Source: a virus. Taken from it: DNA of 64,000 bases. Where the stretch lies: positions 8,873-72,872 of IMG/VR virus record IMGVR_UViG_3300028563_000018, one strand, 5' to 3'. Of the stretch, positions 29,701-38,232 are shown piece after piece; within the stretch, counting starts at the first letter, position 1, and the number at the start of each line of letters is the position of its first letter. The notes beneath the pieces are model-generated. The model ran no database searches and was not told the origin of the DNA. It saw only the letters and a list, made by a program, of their open reading frames with translations. The translations under genes and the position numbers were made by a program.

Positions 29701-31287
29701 GAATGCACCCATCACGGCGGTGCCCGCCGCAGCGAAGACCGGCTCGAGCGCGAGCAACGCCTCCTGGAAACCGCCTACGAGAATTCCCACAGTGGCGGCG
29801 ATGAGTTGAATCACACCCCCGAGCACAGCATCGAGGCCCATGAAAAGTGCCTGAACGCTCCCGCTCAGGATCGACATGATCCCTTCGGAACCAAGGACCT
29901 TCGCGAACGTGTCAGCGAGTAGACCAAGAGCCTTGATGGGCAGCAAAAGCGCCTTGCCGACGCCACCCAACACGACGATGAGACCGCCGACGATGCGAAC
30001 GACTGGCCCAAGTACCGCAAGCAGTCCCAGCCAGTAGAGAATTTGCTTCTGCGTCTGGGGGCTCAGGTTGGTGAATGACTTCACGAGTTGAGTCACCATC
30101 TGGGCGAGCTCGAACAGCGCCGGCAACGCCGGGATGATGGCGTCAGCCAGGGCGTTCTCAAGCGACGTCTTGATGATCTGGAAGCGCTGCGGGTTCGACG
30201 ACAGGATCGTGTTCAAGTCCTGCGTCATGCGCTTGAGTGCGTCGGTCTGGTTGCCCGTCTCGTGGAGCACCTTGTTGTAGTTGGAGAGCGGGTCGACGAT
30301 GGCGCGTAGGAGGGTGTCCAGACCGTTGACCTGAATCTTGCTGGCAGCCGTTGTGCCAATCAAAGCCTGCTGGGCCGGATTCAGCTTGTTGAACTTCTGG
30401 GCGAGAAGTTCCAGCCGTTGGGCACCGTTCAAACTTTGGTAGCTGGCGTCCAGCACGTTGATGCCGAACTCCTTCATCAAGTCGGAAGTCGCCTTCGTTG
30501 GAGTGAAGAGCTTCTCCAGGATTCTCGAAAGAACGGTTCCGGCGTTCTGTGCGGATCCTGACGCCGGCACGAGCGCAGCCACCATGGCGCCGTAGTGCTG
30601 GAGGTCGACTCCGACCGTGCGCGCCGTTCCTGCGCCCTTGGTCATCGAGTCGAACAGATCGGCGAGCGAGACCTGCGTCGTATCCGAGATCAAGTTGAGT
30701 TCGGCGATGGCCTTGTGCAGTCCGTCGGCGGTGAGCCCCCACTGCTGACGGAGCGCGATCACGGCCGACGCGGCATCGGATGCGCTCTGCCCTGACAGCA
30801 ACATTGCCTGCGCAGTGAGGTCGGTCAGCTTGAGTAGTGCTGAGCCCTGAGCGCCCGCCTTGGCCCACGCTGTGCCGATGTTGATGATGTCGGACTGCTG
30901 GATACCGTAGAGCGAGGACAGGGCTTCAAAACCCTGTCGAAGAAGCGTGATGTCTTTGATCGGCCCTTGGTACACGCGCTGCAACTGCGCGCCCGCCGTC
31001 TCGTTCTGGAGAGCGAAATGGGTCGCGGCTGCACCCGCGATAACTATCGGGAGGGTGAACGTGTTGGTCAGTTGTCGACCGGCCGTCTGGAGTCGCTGAC
31101 CGAACTTTTCGACGGTGCTGATCGCAGACGAGACCTTGGCGATTGCCTGGTCGATCGCAGAGGTGTTCGTGATCGATCCGCTGCCGAGCCCACGACCAAT
31201 AGAACTGAGGCGCTTGTTGATTGCTGCAACTTGCGCGTCGAGGTTCTGGGCTCGTACCACCACCTGGATGTTGAGAACCGAGTCCAT
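26698..31287 (-). CDS. tape measure protein
   Basis: 1529 aa, Ala/Gly-rich helical; TP901-like core, Trp/Phe periodic repeats, AEGG...AEAGRPE C-terminus. Confidence 0.95.
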   Translation of the reverse strand: MDSVLNIQVVVRAQNLDAQVAAINKRLSSIGRGLGSGSITNTSAIDQAIAKVSSAISTVEKFGQRLQTAGRQLTNTFTLPIVIAGAAATHFALQNETAGAQLQRVYQGPIKDITLLRQGFEALSSLYGIQQSDIINIGTAWAKAGAQGSALLKLTDLTAQAMLLSGQSASDAASAVIALRQQWGLTADGLHKAIAELNLISDTTQVSLADLFDSMTKGAGTARTVGVDLQHYGAMVAALVPASGSAQNAGTVLSRILEKLFTPTKATSDLMKEFGINVLDASYQSLNGAQRLELLAQKFNKLNPAQQALIGTTAASKIQVNGLDTLLRAIVDPLSNYNKVLHETGNQTDALKRMTQDLNTILSSNPQRFQIIKTSLENALADAIIPALPALFELAQMVTQLVKSFTNLSPQTQKQILYWLGLLAVLGPVVRIVGGLIVVLGGVGKALLLPIKALGLLADTFAKVLGSEGIMSILSGSVQALFMGLDAVLGGVIQLIAATVGILVGGFQEALLALEPVFAAAGTAVMGAFETAATAALVAWEDVILPIMGDIGAAAALAFETAFTVAQKVFSAIALPLLVLWEDTIVPAMATIGTAAGVAFITAFEATKETLAALAVAMLIIWDGVIVPAMAPIGAAAAAVFEAAFAGIGITLPAIGAFAAEAFAAALAAGPEIAIGALAAGVIALLAVFSSQINDGIQSVVSALGKLPGYVGNALLGVLRVVVQFGQAIWQALQDYLNPFQRHSPSLVDLVVAGVDVISAKYKSLGNLGTAFRAAVSDIKAFNGAMTDVIAGQRALENAQAIKAIGSQGGSAAGNAAARGLGIEGTLYTDLDRVTAAYGRQEIVVDKLNAKLTASQKILDVEQTKLTNLQAVADGFSSKLNDAQTALDKWSNTPLPGQTKMSNAIFNNGIAIDKLQLKLDKLQDAKGNLDDIHGQLELLTGQRNALRLQGAGSDVLAPFNDQINAITGSGSGLSDAVDQMTKLEQEITNLQKKGDELNLQQSIEFDPLTRQINQAATAMKAMPFDRIIAGVEFEKRKVDALTTSYRFANDRVKDQEVVVKNAQVAHDKLNATYETQNDKLSALGDTYDTIQSMIQAIDQTFKNAASSAGDFNSALADAAGAGNIKVPGLPTSVPSDPEDLQKLVDSYQNGVKKAFGRVKFGDIFTKPFKDSWNEFAGPGGWWQQHVQTKLDILNIHMPSPSFDEFKQNWHSFQDWWDKTAFPWIKSLPGAMVDGFKSLGRNLWEGLIGVGEAIIHPFVWAYDKLLGHSIIPDIVNGIETWFKKLPSKIVHALGNIGRDLFNWGEGLMVQMFGGIGQVWNQYIQPFFARTWDRISGAVAGTGGRFLTWGSNLMNDAWNGIQSVWNNFVSPFFSGLKNTILGALGDTSTWLLDTGKSLFGGLLTGMQNAAKNIPGVGVIEGLPIVGPIVKSVLGFHLAEGGIAQPVPGGIHARIAEAGRPELVAPLPSGFSMSRLVGTMDRMEKFIDKGGNTLVTSGSSKTENHFHGDLVFPNVKNGDDAEAFIRNLESMS

Positions 31288-31569
31288 CTACCGACCGCCG
31301 CGCTGTTTGTACGCCTGCTTCTCTGCTTCGATTGCTTGCTTGTTGCGCTCGTAAATGGCTCGGCGGCTGAATATGAGGGTGATGTCCTCGAGAAATTGAG
31401 GGTGCTGGTCGTACAGCCCTCCGGTATTCGGCAGGTGCGCCCAGCTCATCGCTTCACACAGGGCGAACAGCCGAATGGACTCCGGAAGCCAGGGAAGTGG
31501 TTGCGGATCCGCCTTGGAGTCGCCCGCTTCGATCCAGCTATCGACTAGCTCGAGGAACGCGCTTTTCCC
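31288..31569 (-). CDS. tail assembly chaperone, -1 frameshift extension
   Basis: -1 frame after GGGAAAA reads SAFLELVDSW...LPNTGGLYDQ and stops next to the tape measure start. Confidence 0.8.
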   Translation of the reverse strand, partial: GKSAFLELVDSWIEAGDSKADPQPLPWLPESIRLFALCEAMSWAHLPNTGGLYDQHPQFLEDITLIFSRRAIYERNKQAIEAEKQAYKQRGGR

Positions 31570-32099
31570 TCCTCCTCCTCGACCTTCTTGGCTCGGAGTT
31601 CGTTCAGGTTCTCGATCTCTTGGTCGATCCCCTCGACGGTGACCTCGGAGAGCAACCAGGGGTTGTGCTTGCGGATGTCCTTCTCGACGATGTCGAGTTC
31701 CTTCGGTGGGAACTTCTCCAGAATGAGGTTCAAGTTCTGCGGCGTGAAGGGGAATGCCGCGCCATCCTTGAGAAGGTTCCAACCGACGATCGCGAGCTTG
31801 AGCAACTCGGTACGGTCGTCGCCGGGCGCCAGCTTCATGCGAGCGTCTTCGGTCTTGCGGTTGATGACGAGGTCGCGGTTGACCGCGTTCATGTACTTGC
31901 GCTTCTCACCCTCCATGAGGGTGCGGTGCGTGATCGTCGAAACCCCATCCGAAAGCGTGACGGTGTTCTCGTCGGCAGCACCGAAGAAGTCGACCTGGAT
32001 GTGATCCTCTGCGCGACCGTGGCCTGGCGTCGGCATCGCATCCAGCACGGCCTGACGCTTCGCCTTGAGCTCGTCGTCCAGTTCCTTTACGTCGGTCAT
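31545..32099 (-). CDS. tail assembly chaperone
   Basis: Between major tail and tape measure; IVGWNL; ends EEEGKARSSS. Confidence 0.88.
   Translation of the reverse strand: MTDVKELDDELKAKRQAVLDAMPTPGHGRAEDHIQVDFFGAADENTVTLSDGVSTITHRTLMEGEKRKYMNAVNRDLVINRKTEDARMKLAPGDDRTELLKLAIVGWNLLKDGAAFPFTPQNLNLILEKFPPKELDIVEKDIRKHNPWLLSEVTVEGIDQEIENLNELRAKKVEEEEGKARSSS
31563..31569 (-). other. programmed -1 frameshift site G-GGA-AAA
   Basis: XXXYYYZ heptamer in the correct phase (Gly-Lys). Confidence 0.85.
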
Positions 32100-32143
32100 G
32101 ATGAGCCTCCTGTGCTCTGTTGGGACCTTGTTGACTTGCGGGA

Positions 32144-33163
32144 TTACGCGACAGCGGCGAGGTCGTTGTAGAGGGTCGCGGTGAGGATCGGCGTCGCTGC
32201 GACCGGGCGCACGGCCTGGATCTCGATGTCGAACTCGATGACGTCGTCACCGCTGGGCTGCAAACCGAACGGCTTGATGACGGCCGACCCAATGTCGAAC
32301 GAGCACGAATACAACGTCGCCGCGGTACCCGTGATGAACTCGTAGGTCTGGACCGTGATGACGACGTGCTCGTGTGTGACGAGCCCGCCAGCGGCAGTGG
32401 CGGAAGACGTGCCGAACACGGCCTCCCGGTAGAACGCCGCCGACGCGGGACGCACCTTGGCGCCACAGGTGACCAGGCGCCGCTTCTCGGTAGTGTCCCC
32501 GAGGAACAGTGAGCCGATTCGGAAGTCGTTATCCTCGAGCTGGTTGTTGATGTCGAAGCTGAACGTCTTCGCCGGAAGCGCAACACCGCCGAGGGTGATC
32601 GTGCAGTTCGACGCCACCACTGCGGGCGTGTTGTCGAAGCTCGGGCTCGCCGTCGCCGACGCGGTGGGAACTGCGATCTGCGAGAGAGCGACGAGGTCGC
32701 AGGTGCCCATGAGCAAGCCAGTGGCGTCGGCCTCCAGGTGAAGCGCGTTCACCTTGGCGTCGGTGTACCGGAAGTGGTCGAAGTTATTGCCGATGTTCTC
32801 TTCGACGGAGAGCCAAGGAAGGTTGCTCACGTCGACCGGAGTCATGACGTGCTTCATGGCGCCGGACTCGGGGTTGTTGTTGGTGTCAGTGTTCGTCCCG
32901 AGTGCTCCGTAGAGCAGCGTCGCGAACGAATCCATGCGGGGGTAGAAGGCGTACTGCCCCTTGAATGCGATCGGGCCGAGGTACGCGTCCACCACGTCGC
33001 GACCGCCACCGATTTCGGCGTCGGGGATGATCAGGTCGCGCGTGCCTGCAAGCGCACCACTGCGCGTCTTCATGAACACGCCACCGCTGCCGGGGCTGCG
33101 GTAGGTGCCCTTGGACACCTGGGTGCGGAAACCAACGCTGCCCGACTGAGCGGTGAACCCCAT
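32144..33163 (-). CDS. major tail protein
   Basis: 339 aa from MGFTAQ; tail-tube position; F..DINNQLE motif. Confidence 0.85.
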   Translation of the reverse strand: MGFTAQSGSVGFRTQVSKGTYRSPGSGGVFMKTRSGALAGTRDLIIPDAEIGGGRDVVDAYLGPIAFKGQYAFYPRMDSFATLLYGALGTNTDTNNNPESGAMKHVMTPVDVSNLPWLSVEENIGNNFDHFRYTDAKVNALHLEADATGLLMGTCDLVALSQIAVPTASATASPSFDNTPAVVASNCTITLGGVALPAKTFSFDINNQLEDNDFRIGSLFLGDTTEKRRLVTCGAKVRPASAAFYREAVFGTSSATAAGGLVTHEHVVITVQTYEFITGTAATLYSCSFDIGSAVIKPFGLQPSGDDVIEFDIEIQAVRPVAATPILTATLYNDLAAVA

Positions 33164-33171
33164 GATCTGCC

Positions 33172-33219
33172 TCGCTGTGGGTTTGTGCGGCCCGTTCGCT
33201 TTGCCGGCAGTGGGCCTGC
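33172..33219 (-). ncRNA. structured leader motif, copy 3
   Basis: GCAGGCCC/GGGCCGC stem, loop CUGCCGGCAAAGCGAA, tail AAACCCACAGCGAGGCAGAUC-AUG. Confidence 0.7.
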
Positions 33220-33230
33220 GGTTTAACTTC

Positions 33231-33719
33231 TTATGATGAGATTTCTGTCTCGAACCAACACTGCGTGACACTTGCAAAGACGAACGCACCATTGATGCGA
33301 TTGTCTTGGTATCGCTGGCCTTGAACTCCCCAGCGAAGGACTCGCTCAGTCACTCCGAGAATCGTCTCATTCAGACCGCCCAAAGCTAGTTTCAATGCGG
33401 AGTCCCTGTATAGGGTCGCCCGCAATGACTTTACGAATTTGCTCGAAATAGCAGCACCTTCGTCGCGCTTTGCGTGCTTCATCAAAGTCTGGATATAGAC
33501 GTAGTACCTGCCGCGCGGCTCACCCGCGCCGATCTCCCAGTCGAGAGGCACCCAGTTGTCGGTGAACACGCCAATGGCGCCGTTCGCGGAAGTATCTGCG
33601 AGCGCGTTCTTCTCGATCGTTTTCACATCAGCGAGAGTCCAGAGCCCTGTGGGCGTCGGAGTCTTCACACCGACGAGGGTGTCGACGATGTTGGCCGGAA
33701 AGGCAGCGTCAGAGGGCAT
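33231..33719 (-). CDS. tail terminator-like protein
   Basis: Size and position immediately before the major tail gene. Confidence 0.7.
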   Translation of the reverse strand: MPSDAAFPANIVDTLVGVKTPTPTGLWTLADVKTIEKNALADTSANGAIGVFTDNWVPLDWEIGAGEPRGRYYVYIQTLMKHAKRDEGAAISSKFVKSLRATLYRDSALKLALGGLNETILGVTERVLRWGVQGQRYQDNRINGAFVFASVTQCWFETEISS

Positions 33720-34242
33720 GAGCGTTACCTCGCGCCATCTCTGTCGTGAACCACTGCATCAGGTCTTCCAGGATGAGGGCTGCGTCGGTCTCGTCGACTG
33801 CGACAACGGGGCGCGGAACGGTCGCTCCGAAGTTGGCCTGCTTCGGCTTGCCGCGCTGTGCCGTGTTGAGTTTCTCGAATAGTTCTCCGCCGGGACTGGA
33901 CGGCCACACGAGGATGGCGCCATCGCCATCAGACATCGTGACGCCAGTGCTGGATGTCATGAACGACTCCAACTCGCCCGTACGCTTGTTGATCGGGTTC
34001 GCGCCGGGAAAGCCCGCGCGATCGCGGATGGCGACAGTGCTGAATCGCAGAGGCGCCCACTTGCCTGACGCCTGGTCCCCCTCGGCGTCGAAGCGTGCTT
34101 GTGCTCGAGCTTGCAGCGTCTTCGTTGGGCCGACGCGCAGGAACTCTTGTAGTGTCACGGGTTGGAAGATCGACCGCATACGGTCAAGGACCGCGACGAC
34201 ATCCTCCTTCTCGACCTCGATATTGATCAGTGCTTCGGCCAT
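33709..34242 (-). CDS. virion morphogenesis/neck protein
   Basis: RF..EG....WAPL..ST, RTG.L, PRP: Mu gpG/tail-completion-like pattern. Confidence 0.75.
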   Translation of the reverse strand: MAEALINIEVEKEDVVAVLDRMRSIFQPVTLQEFLRVGPTKTLQARAQARFDAEGDQASGKWAPLRFSTVAIRDRAGFPGANPINKRTGELESFMTSSTGVTMSDGDGAILVWPSSPGGELFEKLNTAQRGKPKQANFGATVPRPVVAVDETDAALILEDLMQWFTTEMARGNAHAL

Positions 34243-34243
34243 A

Positions 34244-35632
34244 TCACGCAGCCGTGGTGACGTTCGTCCAGCCGGTCGTGCCGTTGGTGTTTACATAGAG
34301 GCGCGTCGAGGACGACGATCCGTCCAGCCGGATGTAGACCGAACCCTTCGCCGCAGAGAACGAAGGCACGCCGGTCCCCTGAGAAATGCTTGGCCCAGCG
34401 GCACCCCCGAGAGAGATCTTGGCGGTCGCATCGGGCGTTCCGTAACCCTCACCAATGATGAGGTTGTGCATGACGAAAACGTCGTTGTAGATCCCGAGAG
34501 CGCCGGTGGCGTACTCTTGGATCACGGCGGTGTTCATGTGTAACTCGGCACCCTTGTCCCAGACGGTGTTCGTGCCAGCATTGCTGACCGGAGTCGAGAC
34601 GGCGACAAAGTTGTTGTTCCGGATAAGTGTTCCGTCGGCGGTCGAAAGAACCGAGACTCCCGTCGCAGTGCCACCCATCGCAGAGGCATTGAAGGTGTTA
34701 TTCGAGATGATGTCGTAGTCGCCAGCAGTCTTTACGCCGACGAAGCAACCTTCGAACCGGCAGCCGATCACCGTTGACTGTGAGTTGCCAGCGTTCTGGT
34801 TGTCGACCCCGATGGCCGCGCCCTGGATGATCGTCCCAAGCACCTTCAGGGTGTCGCCGATCGTGTTGCGGATCCCTGTCGTGCTCGCCGCGTATGCAGT
34901 CGTGTCGTTGAAGTGGGCGTCGATGTATCCGCCGATGACCTTCAACCCATTGGTGTCGTTGTTGTCGATGCCGATGAGGCAGTTGGCAGCGAGGAAGTTG
35001 CGCACTTCGGGGTACTGCGACAGCGGATTGCCAGTGCCAGTACCGTCCGAGCGGAGGCCGTAGCCGGCATTGAAGTCGACCGCTGCGCAGTCCTCGACAA
35101 TCCAGCCATTCGCACGCTTGATGAGGATGGCGCCGGTGGCAGTCCCAGCCGTGTCGTGGAAACAGAGACCTCGAAGGACGGGTCCCTGGAAGATCGTTGA
35201 CGCAGCGGCCGAGTTGAAGGTGAAACCGACAACACTCGCTGGCACCTGAATCACGACAGCACCGAGCCCGACCGCAGCCCAGCCGCCGTTACCGGCGTCT
35301 TCGCCGATCAGGGCGATGTTCGGCGTCGAACTGGTGAGCCCCGACGTGATCTTGTAACCACCGACAGGGAAGACAACCGTGCCGCCCACACTGGGACATG
35401 CGTTGAGGGCGTTCTGGATCGCGGTGGTGTCGTTGGTGTTGCCATCACCCTTAGCACCAAACGCCATCACATTGAGGCGAATCCCGAGCTGACGAGGGTT
35501 CGCCTTGAGGTCGGTTCCAGTTGTCGCCATCGAAGTGTTCGACACATCGACCATAGGAATGAGGTCGTTCGTCGGGTCGATGCCCTGAGCAACGGCGCTG
35601 AGTCCACTCGTTCGGATCGGTATTGCCGTCAT
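34244..35632 (-). CDS. beta-helix (pectate-lyase-like) fibre/spike protein
   Basis: NVMAFGAKGDGNTNDTTAIQNAL...VVFP.G.Y followed by parallel beta-helix repeats. Confidence 0.85.
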   Translation of the reverse strand: MTAIPIRTSGLSAVAQGIDPTNDLIPMVDVSNTSMATTGTDLKANPRQLGIRLNVMAFGAKGDGNTNDTTAIQNALNACPSVGGTVVFPVGGYKITSGLTSSTPNIALIGEDAGNGGWAAVGLGAVVIQVPASVVGFTFNSAAASTIFQGPVLRGLCFHDTAGTATGAILIKRANGWIVEDCAAVDFNAGYGLRSDGTGTGNPLSQYPEVRNFLAANCLIGIDNNDTNGLKVIGGYIDAHFNDTTAYAASTTGIRNTIGDTLKVLGTIIQGAAIGVDNQNAGNSQSTVIGCRFEGCFVGVKTAGDYDIISNNTFNASAMGGTATGVSVLSTADGTLIRNNNFVAVSTPVSNAGTNTVWDKGAELHMNTAVIQEYATGALGIYNDVFVMHNLIIGEGYGTPDATAKISLGGAAGPSISQGTGVPSFSAAKGSVYIRLDGSSSSTRLYVNTNGTTGWTNVTTAA

Positions 35633-36477
35633 AATGTGCTCTCTGTCTCGAGTGGCGGCACAGAAACGGGAGCACCAGGACGCCACACCGTTTTGCTGAT
35701 CCGCGGCGGGAACTGCGGGCGCATGAATGCCTGCTCAAAAGCGTCCACTGCGCTGTAGGTGTCGTGGTTGGTGATGCTCGGCGCGTTCGCTTGGAAGCTC
35801 GTCGGCTCGATCGTCAGGCCGGGGAGCGCGGTGCCACCGTTCAGGATGGAGTTGAGGTCGGTGATGGCTCCGTCGATGAGCTTCTGGCCGTAGTCGTGCA
35901 CCGAGTTGTCCTCGTGCGCGATGGCGAGGCTCTGAATCAGACGACCGGTGGCGAGCTTGCTATTGATCGTCTTGAGCTTGAGCGTCACCCAAGCGGGAGC
36001 CGAGTCGAGGGCGAGTGGCAACACGTACCGCTGACCCAGCATTCCGTTCATCTCGTCAGCAGTGCCGTTGATGTAGTCGTAGTGGTTGATGTCGGGCGAG
36101 AGCGTCATGTCTCCAAGGAGAAGGTCACTGATTTCGCAGTAGCCGAAGTTCGGCGCGTTGACCCGGAAGATCAACTCGCCGTATTGCTCGTTGTTGTGGT
36201 CGTCCGTGAACTTCAGGACGTACGAGCCAGGCTCTAAGCCGTCGAGCTCGTCGCCCGGAGTCGTCGACCAACTCACCACGAGATTCGGCGACTGCACAAC
36301 GCTGTCGACGAGCGGCGGGATCGTAAAGCCCGTCGTCTTTGTGAACAGGACCGGACCGCCAAAGGCGAAGCAGTCGAGTTGAATCACGTGCCCGGTCAGG
36401 TCAAGCAGGTACCCAGAGTTGTCCCATTGGACCTCAAGATCAAAGTACTTGCCTTTACTGTAAACGGCGCGATTCAT
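35629..36477 (-). CDS. head-tail adaptor with extra N-terminal beta domain
   Basis: C-half GYCEISDL...YI..TADEMN.MLG.RY.LPL (Mu gp36-like); N-half LDLTG BppU-like. Confidence 0.7.
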   Translation of the reverse strand: MNRAVYSKGKYFDLEVQWDNSGYLLDLTGHVIQLDCFAFGGPVLFTKTTGFTIPPLVDSVVQSPNLVVSWSTTPGDELDGLEPGSYVLKFTDDHNNEQYGELIFRVNAPNFGYCEISDLLLGDMTLSPDINHYDYINGTADEMNGMLGQRYVLPLALDSAPAWVTLKLKTINSKLATGRLIQSLAIAHEDNSVHDYGQKLIDGAITDLNSILNGGTALPGLTIEPTSFQANAPSITNHDTYSAVDAFEQAFMRPQFPPRISKTVWRPGAPVSVPPLETESTL

Positions 36478-36485
36478 GGTCGTCT

Positions 36486-38231
36486 TTAGATCGGCGTGGA
36501 CGGCACGAAGGTCGGACCACGTAAGCGTATATGCGTCTTTTCCTGAACGACCATCGATACGGGTAGCTCTTTACGAACGTATTCAATCTTTGTTGCCCCG
36601 ACACGAACAAGGCACGCCACTCCAAACGCATTGAGATAGGCAGTGGACTTCAAAGTCACATCACCTACGGTCAGCGAAGCTGACGCGCCTGTTGCGCTGA
36701 TGACGCGCTTTCCCACGAAGGGCACTCCTACGTGTGCCGAGAATGGATTACCCGGAACATGAAGTGTGTAGTGAAGCGTGAACCCAGGAGACCCAACACC
36801 AACCGTGCATGAGACCCCCGTCGTATCGATGATGCGCGTTCCCATACGAAGGAAAGACGCCCCCACCAACACGCCACAGGCGATTCCTGTGACCGAACGA
36901 GATACCGGACCGGGGTGAAGCGCGAGAAAACCAGCGGCAGCGACACACGTCACGCCAGTTGGCAACAGATGATTCGTCGAAGTCGCCGAGACGGTGCCGA
37001 AAATCGCAGACCCCGCGACGCCACCGGTCGTGATGTGCGCTGTCGACTTGACGCCAGGAGCGCCAATAGAACACGTCACAGCCTTGCCGGTGGGAAGAAT
37101 GCGAGTGATCTTCTTGGCAACGGAGGATCCAACCGTAACCGTGCAACTCACGCCAGACAACGAAAGTGTCTGCGTCGGCGGGATGAGGAAGGTCGCAAGC
37201 GCAGAGGCGATCGTGGCGTGACCCGTCGAATTGGCATGAACGGTGTCGCTCATCGAGATCGTCCCGATGGTCCGTAGATCAAGGAACGCGACGTTGCTCG
37301 GATCCGCAGCGGCGATTGCGGCCAGAGCGGTGTTGTAGGGACCGATGTCGGGATGACCCGAGGCTGACGAGATGTCGTAGGGACCAAGCAACAGGAACGA
37401 TGGATTTTGAGAACACATCGACTTCACATTTGCGATGATCTGCGTGATGTTCGCCTGATACGTCGCCGTCGACACGCCGAGTACGCAGTCGTTGATCCCG
37501 AGAAAAATGATGCAGAGCGCCGGGTTCACGCAGAGGGTCGCCGAGAGCGGATCTGTCAGTCCAGCGACGCTGAACATATCGGCCACACCACCCGACACCT
37601 GACCAACGCGGCCATGATTGAAGACCCGAATACCTTTGCCCTCATCGCTGTCGAAAATTTGGGCACCACAGATGAAAGGAGTCTTACCGGAGGACGGGGT
37701 GACAACGGAGGTGTGGGTCCCATGCGAGTAGAGAGCGGAGGTATAGCTACCTTGATAGTCGAGACCTCCTGTCGAGGCGGGAGTGATCGTGTCAGCGGAT
37801 CCCCCGTCAGTGACTACCGACAATGTGCCGAGTCCACTGATCCCGCGTTGGTGTTGGAATTTGATCGAAGTGCCAGTCCAGTGCAGTGTGACCGTTTCGT
37901 TCGCAGCGATAGTCTCAATCTCGCCATTAAAGTTTCGTGAGTCGGTAGTGCCGCTATCGCCGCTCGACCAGGTCCAATACGCCGATCCAGCAGGACTGTT
38001 GTTGCTTAACTCGGAGCCGTTGACATACCCGAGGCCACCCACACCGGCCTGATAGTGGGCCTGAAGGTTGCGCGCCAGCTTGGCCGAGTATCGAGAGTCG
38101 ACGATCGGAAACGCCGCTCCAGGATTGTTCGATCCAAACCCCTGCGAGACGCTGTCCCCGAAGACAATGATGTTGCAAGGCGAAGTGCCAGCGGCACTAA
38201 GCGCCGATCGAACTCGGTCCAGTGCGGCCAT
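36486..38231 (-). CDS. fibre protein with SGNH/GDSL esterase domain and repeat stalk
   Basis: GDSVSQG, N.G..G, LGIND, DTVH; C-terminal ~21-24-aa repeats. Confidence 0.85.
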   Translation of the reverse strand: MAALDRVRSALSAAGTSPCNIIVFGDSVSQGFGSNNPGAAFPIVDSRYSAKLARNLQAHYQAGVGGLGYVNGSELSNNSPAGSAYWTWSSGDSGTTDSRNFNGEIETIAANETVTLHWTGTSIKFQHQRGISGLGTLSVVTDGGSADTITPASTGGLDYQGSYTSALYSHGTHTSVVTPSSGKTPFICGAQIFDSDEGKGIRVFNHGRVGQVSGGVADMFSVAGLTDPLSATLCVNPALCIIFLGINDCVLGVSTATYQANITQIIANVKSMCSQNPSFLLLGPYDISSASGHPDIGPYNTALAAIAAADPSNVAFLDLRTIGTISMSDTVHANSTGHATIASALATFLIPPTQTLSLSGVSCTVTVGSSVAKKITRILPTGKAVTCSIGAPGVKSTAHITTGGVAGSAIFGTVSATSTNHLLPTGVTCVAAAGFLALHPGPVSRSVTGIACGVLVGASFLRMGTRIIDTTGVSCTVGVGSPGFTLHYTLHVPGNPFSAHVGVPFVGKRVISATGASASLTVGDVTLKSTAYLNAFGVACLVRVGATKIEYVRKELPVSMVVQEKTHIRLRGPTFVPSTPI

Positions 38232-38232
38232 C

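Noticed and set aside
5076-33292. Longer ORF-track starts (5076, 6810, 9609, 33292 and similar)
   Set aside because: Extensions overlap upstream genes or the RNA leaders; downstream starts have an RBS or stop-start coupling
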